This document shows positions 51,391 through 64,000 of a DNA stretch of 64,000 nucleotides, one piece after another. Source of the stretch: Octopus sinensis (Eukaryota); NCBI RefSeq assembly GCF_006345805.1, contig NC_043006.1, forward strand, positions 89,838,001 to 89,902,000. Direction: 5' to 3'. How positions within the stretch are numbered: position 1 is the stretch's first letter; each line of letters begins with the position of its first letter. A program made the translations under genes and the position numbers. The notes under the pieces were generated by a model. It searched no databases. It was given only the letters and a program-made list of their open reading frames with translations, and was not told the DNA's origin.

Positions 51391-51623
51391 CAGGGTTGGC
51401 CAAAAGCCACCTGACAATAAATCAAAATTCCACAAATACTATCTGTAACTCTGTATTGACTGGAATGGGAAAATATGTCGCTTAAGAAGGACTTCAGTTT
51501 GAACAACTTTCGTGATGTTTCATATTTAGATGCTTTTATTAAATTCATTCAGTTGTTAAACATAAATAGATCTTGGAATTAAATGGTTTTGGTTTACTGT
51601 CGGGTGACTTATGGCCATCCCTG
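51391..51623. mobile_element. Tc1/mariner-type MITE
   Basis: TIRs CAGGGTTGGCCAAAAGCCACCTGACA / TGTCGGGTGACTTATGGCCATCCCTG, with TA at the left and TG at the right. Confidence 0.72.
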
Positions 51624-51705
51624 TGTGTATATGTATATATGTGTGTATGTGTGCGTGTTTGCATGTACATATATATATATACATATGTTTGTGTGTGTGT
51701 GTATG

Positions 51706-51746
<41 letters not shown>

Positions 51747-51747
51747 G

Positions 51748-51781
<34 letters not shown>

Positions 51782-51833
51782 TAGATAGATAGATATATAT
51801 ATGTATGTATATATATATATATATATATATAAT

Positions 51834-51977
51834 ATCAAAATAAGCAACAAGGATAACCTCTGGATATCCTTGTTGCTTATTTTGATTGTAATCACCCCAT
51901 TTTGGATTATATGGATAATACCATACCGAATTCTGGTGCCTTTAACTTTAAGTACCATATTCAACTGAATCTAAATT
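51834..51977 (+). mobile_element. PLE-like terminal fragment with a 22-bp fold-back at its junction
   Basis: 51834-51855 is the exact reverse complement of 51865-51886, and the body matches 11278-11393 in reverse. Confidence 0.55.
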
Positions 51978-52265
51978 TTGCTGAAACTATATGTATATAA
52001 GTAAAAACATTTGAATGTTTACATGTTGCTATTGTTAGTACCATCTATCCTTAAATCCTTAAAAATGTTTTAGCCCGAAGGCCGCGGCCATGCTGGGGCA
52101 TTGATATTGTTAATAGCAGTAACATAGGGCTCATCAATGGAGTGGTTCTACTGTGTGATGGGGTGTGGTGTGTGTGTTGATGCGATAACTATTATCTCTC
52201 AAGATGAAGCAATCATCATATATATATATAATAAATGTAATTATATATTATTTTTCATAATAATG

Positions 52266-52739
52266 ATATAAGCTCCAATTAAAACGACTGAATCTAAATA
52301 TTTTGACCGAAAAATGATGGGCTGAACCACAGTGAATTGAACATGACATCAATTCTTACATGGCTCCCTACACACTCAACTCAGCGACATAGCCCACCCA
52401 TCAATTTCGGCCAATTTTAATGTATAGATATTTTCAGTCTAGAATATATAGTTATAAATTTGTAACATACTCGAAGGGTGGAAATTTTGAAGGTGAACAA
52501 CCACATAAGTCTTTTTTATAATAATTTGATGGGTAGGCTATGTAGCTGGGTTGAGTGCGTGCGGAGTCATGTAAGCATTGATGTTGTGTTCAATTCCCAG
52601 TGGTTCAGCCCCTCTTTTATCAGTCAAAATGTTCAGATTTAGTCACTTTAATTGGAGCCTATATTATTATTATAAAAAGACCTATGTGGTTGCTCTCCTA
52701 TGAAATTTACAGCCTTCAGGTGTGTTTACAAATTTATAA
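52266..52739. mobile_element. Fold-back element with interleaved inverted repeats and a tRNA-like segment
   Basis: 52266-52404 pairs with 52526-52664, and 52452-52525 pairs with 52666-52739 (both diverged). A/B-box-like TAGCTGGGTTGA...GTTCAATTCC lies in 52535-52600. Confidence 0.6.
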
Positions 52740-52918
<179 letters not shown>

Positions 52919-54374
52919 ATATATGATGATATACCTAACAGCTTTATAAAACCATTTCAATCCTTGTGACGGCCAAAACTTCGCAGCCCCTGTCAATATT
53001 ATTCATAATTCTTTTTAATTAAGGTTGAAGGACAGCAATTTTTGAGCAATGGGGTTAATGAATGATATAAACTCTAGCATTTGACAAGTACTTTATTTTA
53101 ATGGCCCTAAAAGGATAAAAAGCCTTGTTGACCACTGTAAGAATTGAACTCACAGTATATAGAACAGTAACTAAACATGGCTAAGCATTTTTCTGCTATT
53201 AACAATTCTCCCATGTCATCATTCAAAATAAAAGCTAAATAAGGAAAAGTTAGTTTACAAAACCATCAAAAATTCTTAAGTCTATTCAAAATTTCTTGAA
53301 ATATATGGACAACATATTTCATAAGAAATACAGTTGGCAAAACGGTTAAATTTTCTCTAAGAAACCAACATGGGAGCTTCTCTATGATTGCTCAACCTGC
53401 TAGAAAATTATATGGACACAATTATGTACTGATTGGAGTTAAGTGCTTTTCCCCAGGTACACCATAATACAGGAGACAGATATGAATAAATAATTTACTC
53501 TTTTGACTAGTAGGGACAAACAATGGCAACTTATTCAACTTCACTTTTCAGGCTATTCAAATTAAGTTCCAGGCAAATGCTGGGTTGATGTTATCAATTA
53601 TTTTCTTGAAGGCCCCAGTATGGCTACTCTCCACTGAAACTAGTTAAAGAAGAACCTATTACCATCAGCACCTCTGCTGGGTTTTGTGGAATCTTTCAAG
53701 TTGATGGAAATAGTGCTGGACATTATTTTTATGTTGGAAGACATCATTGAAGTTAATTAGCATCTTATAAGACTGCATTTTTCAAGACAAATTTTATGCA
53801 GCTCAACCAGTTATTTTCCACAAGAACAAATGCAAGTATGGTTGTCTTTTCAAACAAGTTTGCTTTCCAACTATGTGCTTTTGGGTTCAGTCGCACAGCT
53901 TAGTCCCTTAGGCAAGTATCTTCTATTAGACCCCTGTGCTGACCAAAATTTATAAGTGTGTTTAGAAGATCGAAAGTGAAGCTCATTGCACATGTGTGTG
54001 TATGTGTGTGGCGGTGGGGGGATATGTGAGTGAGTGTATATTACCTCTCATCAAGATATGTTGCATAATCTTTGTAAATAAACAAAAGTCTCATTCATTC
54101 AGTATGACTTGACTGTAACCAGTCAGAGGGAGATATTTCCACCTCGCTCAGAAAGGATGTCACTTATTAGAATTTCATTTTGTGTTCTTTTTTTTCAACA
54201 ACTGTGACTAATCAAGATTGCAATCCCACCTCCGTTTGTGGAGAGGTTATGTGCCTCAAACCAGCAGTTCTGACAGGTTGCCTATATCTCTAAGAGCATT
54301 GTAGGTGTGAAACCAATAGTAACTCCCTGACTGGCCATAACTGAAAACTACATTAAATAAATATATAATAAGCA

Positions 54375-54830
54375 CAAGTATGACCATGTTGTTCAGAAGC
54401 TTGATTCCCAACCATATGGGTTCAGTCCCACTGCACACCGCCTTGGACAAGTGTCTCCTTCTATAACCTTGGGCCAACCAATTGCTTATGAGTAGATTTA
54501 GAAGGTAGAAACTGAAAGAAGCTCACCATAAAGATGTGTGTGTGTGTGTGTTTGTGTGTGTATGTGTGAATGCACATGTGTGTACTCGTGTCTAGACATC
54601 CTATGTTGGTTGTAATTGAACATCATCTTTATATTAGGTGAGGCTGATCATATCTAGTTTGCAAGGAAAAATCATGTCTGGCAACAGGAAAATATTACCT
54701 TGTATGGAGACTGATGAGGGTTGGTGACAGGAAAGGCATTCAACAACATTTGCCTCAACGAACTCCATTTGACCCTTGCAAGTATGGAAAAGTGGGTGTT
54801 ATGTGATGATGATGATGATGATGATAACAA
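54375..54830 (+). mobile_element. tRNA-SINE-type repeat with a (GAT)n end, diverged
   Basis: GGGTTCAGTCCCACTGCACACCGCCTTGGACAAGTGTC head and GAAACTGAAAGAAGC body, ending in (GAT)n. Confidence 0.55.
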
Positions 54831-55190
54831 TGATGATATGACTGACTATCTAATCACAAACTCTTTAATTAAAGGGCATGTTTCCTTACTAAAACATGAT
54901 GATTATGATAATGATGATGATGATGATGGTGGTGATGGTGGAGTGGTAGTGGTGGTGGTGGTGACGACAGATAACTAAATAAATAAATGATCTTCTTTGG
55001 TCTCAAAGTAGCCAGGTTGGTTTATTAAAAATAATGGTTCATTCAACATTTATTATGACAGAAACAATACTATCTTCAGCATAAAACTTGCCAGGAACTT
55101 AGTCTATTCTTTTTAAATTCTTAGAGTAAACAATGGAATGAAAGAGGGACACAGACACGGATACACACACACACACGCCACACACACATG

Positions 55191-55221
<31 letters not shown>

Positions 55222-56150
55222 ACACACAAAGGGAATTTGGTGTGTCATTTTCACAGTAGGTTTTTATTATTTTTTTCAGAATTCTTTTATCACTCAATAA
55301 CTACATTGAATTTGCTAAAACTTTGCTTCCATTCAATGCTGCATTTAATCTGATATAAAATTATGAAGGAACAAGGAACCAGTATTTGTTAATATTCCTT
55401 TAGAGAATTTTGATTTAATTAAAAGCAAAACTTTGAATATTTCATCAATAAATATCTCTATTATGGTTTCAAAATAAATTTGATAAATTTCATTCTGATA
55501 CAGATGAGTGTCGACTTGAAATTGTTTGCAAATTTCTAAAGCATTAACTTCGAACATTTAAAAACTGGTAAATAGAAATCTGTGTTTCTCTGCATTTTGT
55601 ATGCATGTTTGTGTTTGTTTTGTGTGTGTGTGTGTTCTTTCAAATGCATGTGTGCATGTGTAAATATAAGCACACTGATTTAGAGTTTAAAGTGTGTCAG
55701 TATGTTTCTATGCATTTGTGTATGTGTGTGCATGTGTATAAGAGTGTTTGAATTTGTATTTACTTTAAAAAAAATACCATTTAAAACAAAGTGTCTGTGT
55801 GTATATATTAAATGTATGAGTGTATCTATGTAAATAAGTGTGAATTTGAAACCATTTCTGCCATGTGACTTATAAAGGTTGTCTTTCTATTTTCATTCTT
55901 TTATTTCAATAATCTAATCATTTTTTTTTAATGTTAATAAAAGCCTAATTTTCTTAAAGCTATTAATTGAAGACTTATCCATTTTATTTTAGCTTTTGCT
56001 CAGTAGTGTATGAAATATAAACAATAAATAAATCTTTTTAAATAAAAAAAAACCCCTCTTTTCTCACACCTCCATTTAATGGTCAGGTGTGACGTTAGCA
56101 GACTCAATGCAGAAACAACTTTTACTCAACAAACGAATTTGTGAGATCAA

Positions 56151-56283
56151 AATAATGAGAATAATGAGAATAATGAGAATAATGAGAATAATGAGAATAA
56201 TAAGAATGCTAACGAATTAACAGAATTAACAGAATGCTAATGAATTAACAGAATTAACAGAATGCTAATGAATTAACCGAATG
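56151..56283. repeat. Compound minisatellite: (AATAATGAG)n followed by a 28-bp unit
   Basis: About 6 copies of the 9-mer, then about 3 copies of AATGCTAAYGAATTAACAGAATTAACAG. Confidence 0.9.
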
Positions 56284-57039
56284 TTGATTGTTTTGTAATG
56301 TTTAATTGTCTTACATTGCATTTCATATATTTATCATTTATCTTTTACCTGTTTCAGTCATTAGACTGTGGCCATACTGGGGCACTGCCTTTAAATAAAT
56401 TACTTAATTTATTGTAAACACATGGTGTCCTCTAGTGGACAGTAAGTACAAGGGAGATAATCATTTTTTCATAATATTTGGAAGTATTAGAAGTCTGCGC
56501 TTAAAACAATAAGAAAGAGGTTGTTGAGTAGAATATACAGAAAGGTAATGTGTAGAATAAGTAATTTGTTTTGGCTCACTTATTAACAAGATCTTCAAAT
56601 TCCTAGAGTTAGGTAAACCTGCAAAGTACCATTTCATTCTTTTTGGAAATAATGCATTTTATAACAAAAATTTACTTGGGTTAACATTTTCCAAACAAGC
56701 CAGTCACTGGCCCATTTGGAAATTAATAAATTTAAGTGCAATTGTATGCACATTTGTGCATATTTTATGTGTGTGTGTGTGTGTGTGTGTGCTTGTACTT
56801 CTATTCTCTCCAATTCAAGCACTTATGTAAACATAAACACACTGATAAAATGATTTAGCTGTGTCATTCTGTTTCTATGACAATGTACACCATAATCTTG
56901 CATGTCCTAAGAGACAAAGGTTGGCATCAGGAAGAGCATCCAGCAATAGAACATCCCCTGACTTCTATCCAACATATAACAGCTCACAAAAGCAGACATA
57001 ATATAAAAAAAAGGATGAATATACATATCTTTTCCATCA

Positions 57040-58200
57040 TCATAATCATCATCATCATTTAACATCTGTTTTCCATGCTGGAATGGCTTGGACAGCTTGA
57101 CAGGAGCTGGCAAGGCCAGGGGCCACCCACACCAAGTTCCATTGTCTGTTTTGGCTTGGTTTCTACAGCTGGATGCCCTTCCTAATGCCAACCACTTCAC
57201 GGAGTGTACTGGGTGCCTTTTATGTGGCACAAGTACCAAAGCTTTTTACATGGCACAAGCACCCACATCAATGTTTTTTACATGGCATTTTGGTTTTAGG
57301 ATCTCAATTCTGTTGTGGTGGGTCTTCTTGAGTGCAGTAATGCACTACATACCTTAGTCCTCTATCGTCACTTTTGTAAGGCTCAGCGTTATAGGATTGG
57401 CCTTCACTACTTTGTCCCATGTCTTCCTGGGTCACCACTTTCCACAATTTTGTTCCCCTTTGAGTGATCAGCACTCCTTTATGCAACTCTCCTTATCCAT
57501 CAACATCATGTGACCAAACCACAACAGTCTCCTCTCTTGCACTCCGTATTTAATTCCTCATATGCCTAACTTTTCTCTCAACACTCTAGCACTCTGTTGC
57601 ACAGGTACACTTGCAATGTACATACTGGCATCATTCCTCTCTAGCCTTCACATGTTCTCTGCATTCAGAGAATGCTCGTCTCACTACCATGTAGAATTGC
57701 TGTTCATATACATGCATCATGCACCCTTCCTTTCGCTAGGAGATAAAGACATTTGGTTACAAACAGAGGTCAAAGCTCTCTGAATTTTATCCAGCTTATT
57801 CTTATTCTGGTAATTACACTTTCAGTACATCCTCCTCTACTGATAATTAGGTTCCCTAGGTAACAGAAATTATCCACTACCTTTAAAGAACTTCAGGGGC
57901 ATTTAAGAAAATCAATTCCCCATGTATTTCGTAGCTCCCATATATCTTCCACTTGTCAATATTATTTTCTCTGTTAATCCTCCAATTATTCCACAGCATC
58001 TCTTGTGTGTCCATAGCTTGCACTGGGTACACCAAATGGAATTTCTGTCTACACATTCTTACATAACAGGGCCATCGACCTGAAGGGTAAAGAGTCCTGT
58101 CTGATTTCTTGCACTTTGAATAATCCTTTCCAGTCTAGACACAAGGACTGAAATTTTGATGTGGGGGCATGGCGGTCATGGGACCAGCCAATTACAACAA
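57040..58200 (-). mobile_element. RTE family LINE fragment, decayed
   Basis: (CAT)n tail at 57040-57060 and a 3' UTR, then the reverse complement of RT C-terminal sequence similar to 18250-18800. Confidence 0.7.
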
Positions 58201-58678
58201 CTCCAGTGCTGAGCTGGTGCACATTTCATTGACTCCAAAAAGATAACCAGCATCTTCGTCATTTAACCTCCATGTTCCAATGGATGGTTTGACAAGGATG
58301 GGTCCAAGGACTGCATTGTACTTCACTCTTTACATTGGGTTCCTATGGCTGGACAATGAGCAATGAGTATTTCTTTTTTGTACCACCAACACAAGTGAGG
58401 CTACAAATGCAGTTTGCAAAACTGCACATCCCAAGGGAGGAGGAGGGATTGTCTTTAGGTTAGGATAAGAAGTTAAAGTATGAGAAGTGGTGGGGTAGAG
58501 TGGGTCATGGCTGCTCCCATTTAGAAAGAGGGGGAAAATACAATGGTATTTCGTCTGGCGCACACAGACAACTTCAGCTTTATATAGAGAGAGATAACAC
58601 ACACACATTAATACACATACATACACACACACACACACATGTATGTATGTATGGATGTATGTATGTATACATGTACAT

Positions 58679-59657
58679 GAACCCAGGACCATGTGTTTGG
58701 AACGTAGTTTGTTACCACACAGCCACACCTGCCCCTATGTATGTGTGTATGTGTGTGCATATGTGTGTATGGGTAGATATATTATGCATGTATATATGTG
58801 TATATATATGTGTACATATTACATGTACATCTATATATATACATCTACACATAAAATACAAAATACAAAGTTATATCTTGATATCGCTGGTGATAACAAT
58901 ACTCAAAATATATAACAGACTGGAATTGTAGGCCCGTCTCTTGCAATTTCGATCAATTGGATCTTGTCCTCCCTCTTGTATAGAAGTGTATGGCTGCAGC
59001 GAAATTCAGTTTTGGACTTTCTTCTATCGAAGGCATTTTAACAAAAATGCTTCCGTAAAGACGGTGAAAATATTGTCAATTTTCCCAAACAGGGACACAA
59101 TTCAATTTTGAAACAATAACCAAAGCCCCTTCTCCGAAAGGGGGAGGGTTACGGTTTACAATTATTTAACAAATGCAACACAACAACGTTTCCCTGACGT
59201 GGAATCAACAAACGTGATTACAATAGTCAAACAGTAATAATAATAACAACAAACATTTTTAATTTATCCCCATTTATGTGAAACCACTTATTCAAGTTCA
59301 AGTCATTGATGCAATTTTATACGAATTGCTAATACACACACACACACACACATAATAAGGGAATACTTTCACTTTAATAGTTTCACACTTGCAAAGAGAA
59401 AGTAGGAGAAAGTGTGGTGGTAATAGCAGGAGTAAACCACTTGAAATGTGAGAGGCAAATCGTAAAACATTGAGTTTTCTCAAATTTTTGCTTAATTGGG
59501 GGTCAAATCGAAAAAACTTGATATGCCATGACCCAATCGAATCTACTTGGAAAAATCATAGGTAAATTCCAATTGAAGAAATTCTATATTGTAGAATTGT
59601 ATTAAAAAGAAACATGGGAACAGGCGGAGAAAATCTGCCTTTTATCATAAGAGATAA
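58679..59657 (-). mobile_element. 5' portion of a second copy of the 24300 Helitron
   Basis: Reverse-complement match to 24302-25395 that lacks 24599-24721 and is truncated inside the nested SINE head. Confidence 0.88.
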
Positions 59658-62284
59658 ATTAAGTACCAGTTGAGTACTGGGGGTCAATGTTATCAACTTA
59701 GCCTCTCCCTCAAAATTGCTGGTCTTGTGCCAAAATTCGAAAGTAATATTTTGCTGTGGCCTTTGTATGTAAGGCTAATATTATGGGGGTGAGTCCATTA
59801 TACACAGTGTTTATATTACCTGTCAGACAACAAGTGACAGGCAAACAAAACAAGGAGATCAACGAAATAATCTATTATTGATACAACATTTATAGATAAG
59901 ACAACTGGTAAGAAAGATGGTTTTTTGTTGGACATGCTGCAGGAAGAAAAACAAAATCTGTGAAAGGCTTGCTGGAATTAGTTGAGTCAATGGCTGACAG
60001 CTGGGAGTCGGAGACTCCAGGTCTTTGTTTAAACATCTCTGTAGGAGAAGAAAAACTCTGATGTAACTCTATGACTTCATTTGCATCCAATGATGTAGAC
60101 TAGTTCTTCATCTGGGGCAAATGTATGCTTTATTTAGAGAGTGGGCTGAGTCCAGTGCAAGGACTTTCTTCTTTTTAAAATGTTTCCAGTACAGACACTG
60201 CTTGATTTTTTTTTACTCTCTCTCTACATCTCTAGTTGTGTTGCATAATCCAGTTGGTTGTAGCTGAGAATGTAAAGCAATGGAACTCTTTCCATCTTTT
60301 CTAAGACTGCACCTTCCATACTGCCAATATGCAGTTTTCAACACCTCAAAAAGCAAGCACTTCAAAACAATATAAAAACAAAAAAATGAAATTTATATAG
60401 ATTATGGTTCTCTGTAAGCTTCCAACAATCTCATAGCTTTCAGAATATCTGTAGGATTCTCATGTATAACCATGTATCAGAGAAACTTCAATTTCAATAA
60501 ACTGAGTCAAAATTCTCAGCAGATTCTTAATATCACTATTAAATGGATGCCCACATCCAACATTTTTCAGATATATTTCTTGATAAATGAGGTCTGTTCT
60601 TGTGCAAGCTGTATTCAAATTTTAATTCAGAAAGAGATAATGTGTTTAACCTTGAGTCAACCTTGATTGAGAAATATATGATCCACGATGGCTGAAACAT
60701 GATCAATCTCTCTTTAAGACCTTTTTATTACCAGAATTCTGTTGAAATACACTGAATTTGTTTTACTTAATTTTCGAAATAATGAAGAATTTAGGAAAAT
60801 GACTTTGTTATTGGAACAAAAATTACCAGAAAGTTTTGATGGGAAGATTTTCATTTAGATTACTTTAAATGAGGATTTTTGTGTCAGAAACAAAAAAGGC
60901 CATCTCAGACAGGTTGGAACCAAAAGGTGAAGACAAAGTGTATCCTAGATTATATATTCTTTTACTCTTTTCTTGCTAAATAACAATGTTCTAAATCAGA
61001 AATTTTACAAAAACATTACTCAATAGTTTAATTCAACTTTGAATTTTTTTTTACAAGCAATAATATTCAAACTCAAATTTCAACTTAAACAGAGAACAAT
61101 ACAAATCAAAATTAATAAAATTTAATACAATTTATGATAAAACAATACAATACAATTTAATACATATTATTTCAACATAACATGAATAAAAAAGAACAGT
61201 TTATAATAATAATACAATTTAGGACAATTAAAAGAATAATTCAATTAATAATTTGAATTTAAATAAAATCATAACAAACGTTTTACAAGTGTTTTCTGTA
61301 TTCTTATACACGGTGATGGACAAATATCAATTGTAACTCTTAATTATCCAAAATTGAATTATTACCATAAATTGTATTAATTTTGATTCCTATTACGCTG
61401 AAATAACATGCATTAAATTGTATTAAATTTTGTTAATTTTGATTCATCCTTTTCTTCACTAAATTGAAATTTTAAATCATAAAATTACTGCAAGTGAAAA
61501 ATTGAAAATTGGCTTGAATCATCAAGAAATGGTTTTGAAAAATTTCTACTTTATACTATTGTAAAAAACATAAAGAAGCTGCATTAAATATATTTTTTGT
61601 ATTTAGGCACAGATGTAGCTGTATGGTTACGAAGCGTGCTTCTCAACTACATTGTCATGGGGTGATGTTATACAATAGTTAAAACGAGTGTCGCTGTCAT
61701 ACAAGCAATGTTAATCATCTCCAATCTTTTGTGGGTAAATGTTAACTTGCTTGGACAGAGATGAGGGTTGGTAACAGGAAGAGCATCTAGCACTAGAAAA
61801 TCAGCTTCAATGAACTCTGCCTCATGCAAACCAAGGAAAGTGAACATTAAAATGATGATGATGTCTAGGCTACCCTGTACTTAATCATATTTCAAAGCAT
61901 CTTCTAGTGGAATACCGTGACTGAATTCTGTTATCACTTCTGCAAGATAGTTCAAGATGATATTATAAATGTTACTAAAATTATTACCAAAAATCTTTTA
62001 GTCGATGGAATGTGGGGAAAAAAATAGAGTTTTATTCCTTTTCCACAATCTTAGCTTTTACAATAATGGTTTGATCATGGAACTGTAGAACGATATTTAG
62101 CACATTCAATTCAGGAAAAAAAAAATCAAGAAGAAACACTGGAATTGAAATATTTGGAAGCTAAAATTGGTTTCAGCTTTTTTTCCACAAAACCTTTCTA
62201 ATTCCCTCCATAGCAATATAAACTCAATGTAGAATATGCTTGGATCACTTGATCACTGAATAACAAAATAAATGCTGATACTTA

Positions 62285-62635
62285 GAGTTTTAGGTTCAGT
62301 CTGACTGTGCAGCATTTTGGGCAAGTATCTCCTACTATAGCCCTGAGTTGACCAATGTCTTGGGAGTGAAGTTGGTAGATAGAAACTGTGTGGAAGCCCA
62401 TCAATAGTATTTATATGTATGCGTGAATGGTGTGTATTCATCCAAACTGCTTGACAACCAGTATCGGTTTATTTGCATCCCCATAACTTAACAGTTTGGC
62501 AAAAGAAACCAATACTATAAGTTGAGACTTTAAAAAGAAAAAAAACAGTAAGTGGTAGGGCTGATTTGTTTCACTAAACCCTGTCCCAGCATGGTTGCCA
62601 TCCAATGACTGAAGCAAGTAAAAGATATAAAAGGT
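62285..62635 (+). mobile_element. tRNA-derived SINE
   Basis: Head GGTTCAGTC...GGGCAAGTATC, body CTGCTTGACAACC...GGCAAAAGAAACC and tail CCCAGCATGG...TGACTGAAGCAAGTAAAAGA. Confidence 0.65.
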
Positions 62636-63574
62636 AAACATGCCATCTTATAAAAAAACAAAATAGTTAATCCCTCCACAAATCTTACAAAGATCAATGA
62701 CTCCATATAGGCACCAATAAGTCTATAACGGAAAGACAGACATGATAATTACTAAAGCATATTCCAAAGAAGTCTGAGTGCACATACAGCAGCCATCGTT
62801 TTGTGTTTGAGTGACACTTGATAGTAGAAAATAAAAATGGTTACATACAATGGTGGGACTGTTTAGGGGGGAAAATGAACTTTCAACAAATATAAAAGAA
62901 AAATTGTTTCATGATTCAAATTTGAGTCTTGAACTGGCGGTTGAGAAAAAAAAATGCACTAAATGGATGTTTGATTCAGCAGAAAAAGCAGTGAAATCTC
63001 TTTAAAGTCATATCTATCACCTTAAAAAAAGGAAGGACCTCACTGCATAAAAAAACCCTAGATCCTACACCTGTTACAGTGAAGCTTTCTTTCACATTTA
63101 GCATGTTGAACTTTTCATTTTTTTCTTCATTGTTGCTGGAGTGTCACTAATATGAGTGCAAGTAGTTTAGTTTCTGAGAAATGCTTTTAGATGAAGTGGG
63201 AGTTAAATAAAATATGTCACCATTTTAAAATAATACTTATAAAACAATGATAATAAAATGAAATTGAGGAAGCTATCTAAAATCCAATGACTATTTTGTT
63301 GTAGATTCCAAAAAAGCAGTTCATTTATGGGGAAGCATGAATATTTCCATATTAGACAAGTTAGCACTCAAGTGATCACCAATTCTGTTTCTGTTGTTTG
63401 TTTTTAAATTTAGGGCGAAGGACACTGTTTCACACAAATACCTAGGTGAGAAAATGGTAAGAAATACTTTTGCAAAGATTTGAAGAGCATGAAAGTATTT
63501 GCAAATGCAATTCTACACTTCCACAGAAGTTCACAGTTGAGAATACATTTTTACAATTACTTCTATCTTTTATT

Positions 63575-63930
63575 TTTGGCCATGATGGAGCATCATCTCG
63601 AAAGGTATCATCAAACAAATTAACACCAGCAGTTATTATTTAAGTCTGGTACATATTCCAACAGTCTCATTTATTGAACCATTAAGTTATGGGGCTGTAA
63701 ACAAACCGATACTGGTTGTCAAGTGGTGGTGGTGGTGATGTAGGACACACACACACACACACACACAAAATACCACACAATTTCCATCTAGCAAAGGCAT
63801 TGGTTGGTATCCAATCACAAAGCATTGGTTGGTATGGGCCTATAGTAAAAGATACTTGACCAAGGTGTTGTGCAATGGAAATAAACCTAAGTCTACATGG
63901 TTACAAAACAAGATTCTCAACTACATCATA
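63575..63930 (-). mobile_element. tRNA-derived SINE, diverged
   Basis: Reverse complement of the same head, body and tail blocks as 4131-4615. Confidence 0.6.
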
Positions 63931-64000
63931 TTCCATTTCTTCTAAATTTATTGAAAGTAGGAAGGATTTTTGTTTCCAAATGAGACAGAGCAGAAGTTTA

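Noticed and set aside
52535-52610. tRNA gene
   Set aside because: A/B-box-like motifs are present, but I could not build a convincing cloverleaf, and the segment is part of a repeat. The same applies to the SINE heads.
56569-56607. 39-nt minus-strand exon candidate reading LPNSRNLKILLI (LRR-like)
   Set aside because: Too short to distinguish from chance and there are no supporting neighbouring exons.
59890-60390. Minus-strand ORF DANEVIELHQSFSSPTEMFKQRPG... and nearby splice-like sites
   Set aside because: Stops occur in all frames upstream, no consistent acceptor-donor pair gives an open exon, and no homology was recognised.

Overview
AT-rich eukaryotic genomic DNA with no bacterial features. 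The repeat families and (TA)n/(CA)n density suggest a coleoid cephalopod such as Octopus; that assignment is inference only. I found no confidently identifiable cellular protein-coding gene, rRNA, tRNA or CRISPR array, and almost all long ORFs in the track are translated microsatellites. The window is mostly decayed mobile elements: a CR1/L2-group LINE, several copies of an RTE LINE carrying a PHD-type finger, a GC-rich BovB-like RTE 3' end with an unbroken ORF, and an R4/Dong-like LINE end sitting in a (TAA)n tract. It also holds a DD37D maT transposon, a deleted mariner, a MITE, tRNA-derived SINEs and three Helitron segments. One Helitron has intact A|TC...hairpin-CTAG|T termini, a PIF1-type helicase remnant and a possible spliced cargo gene. 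The most interesting unexplained theme is a set of short (TA)n-embedded elements that resemble Penelope-like (PLE) termini. These carry minimal hammerhead-ribozyme-like cores, fold-back junctions (including a 102-bp palindrome centred on the ribozyme-type CGAAAC), and, at two unrelated loci, the same inverted plus circularly permuted A-x-B-A'-B' layout. Also notable are a 36-nt exact copy of LINE sequence found 1.7 kb away in a microhomology context and a two-level tandem array in an RTE 3' UTR. There is a 100-N scaffold gap at 9688-9787. Coordinates were read by eye and may be off by a few bases.
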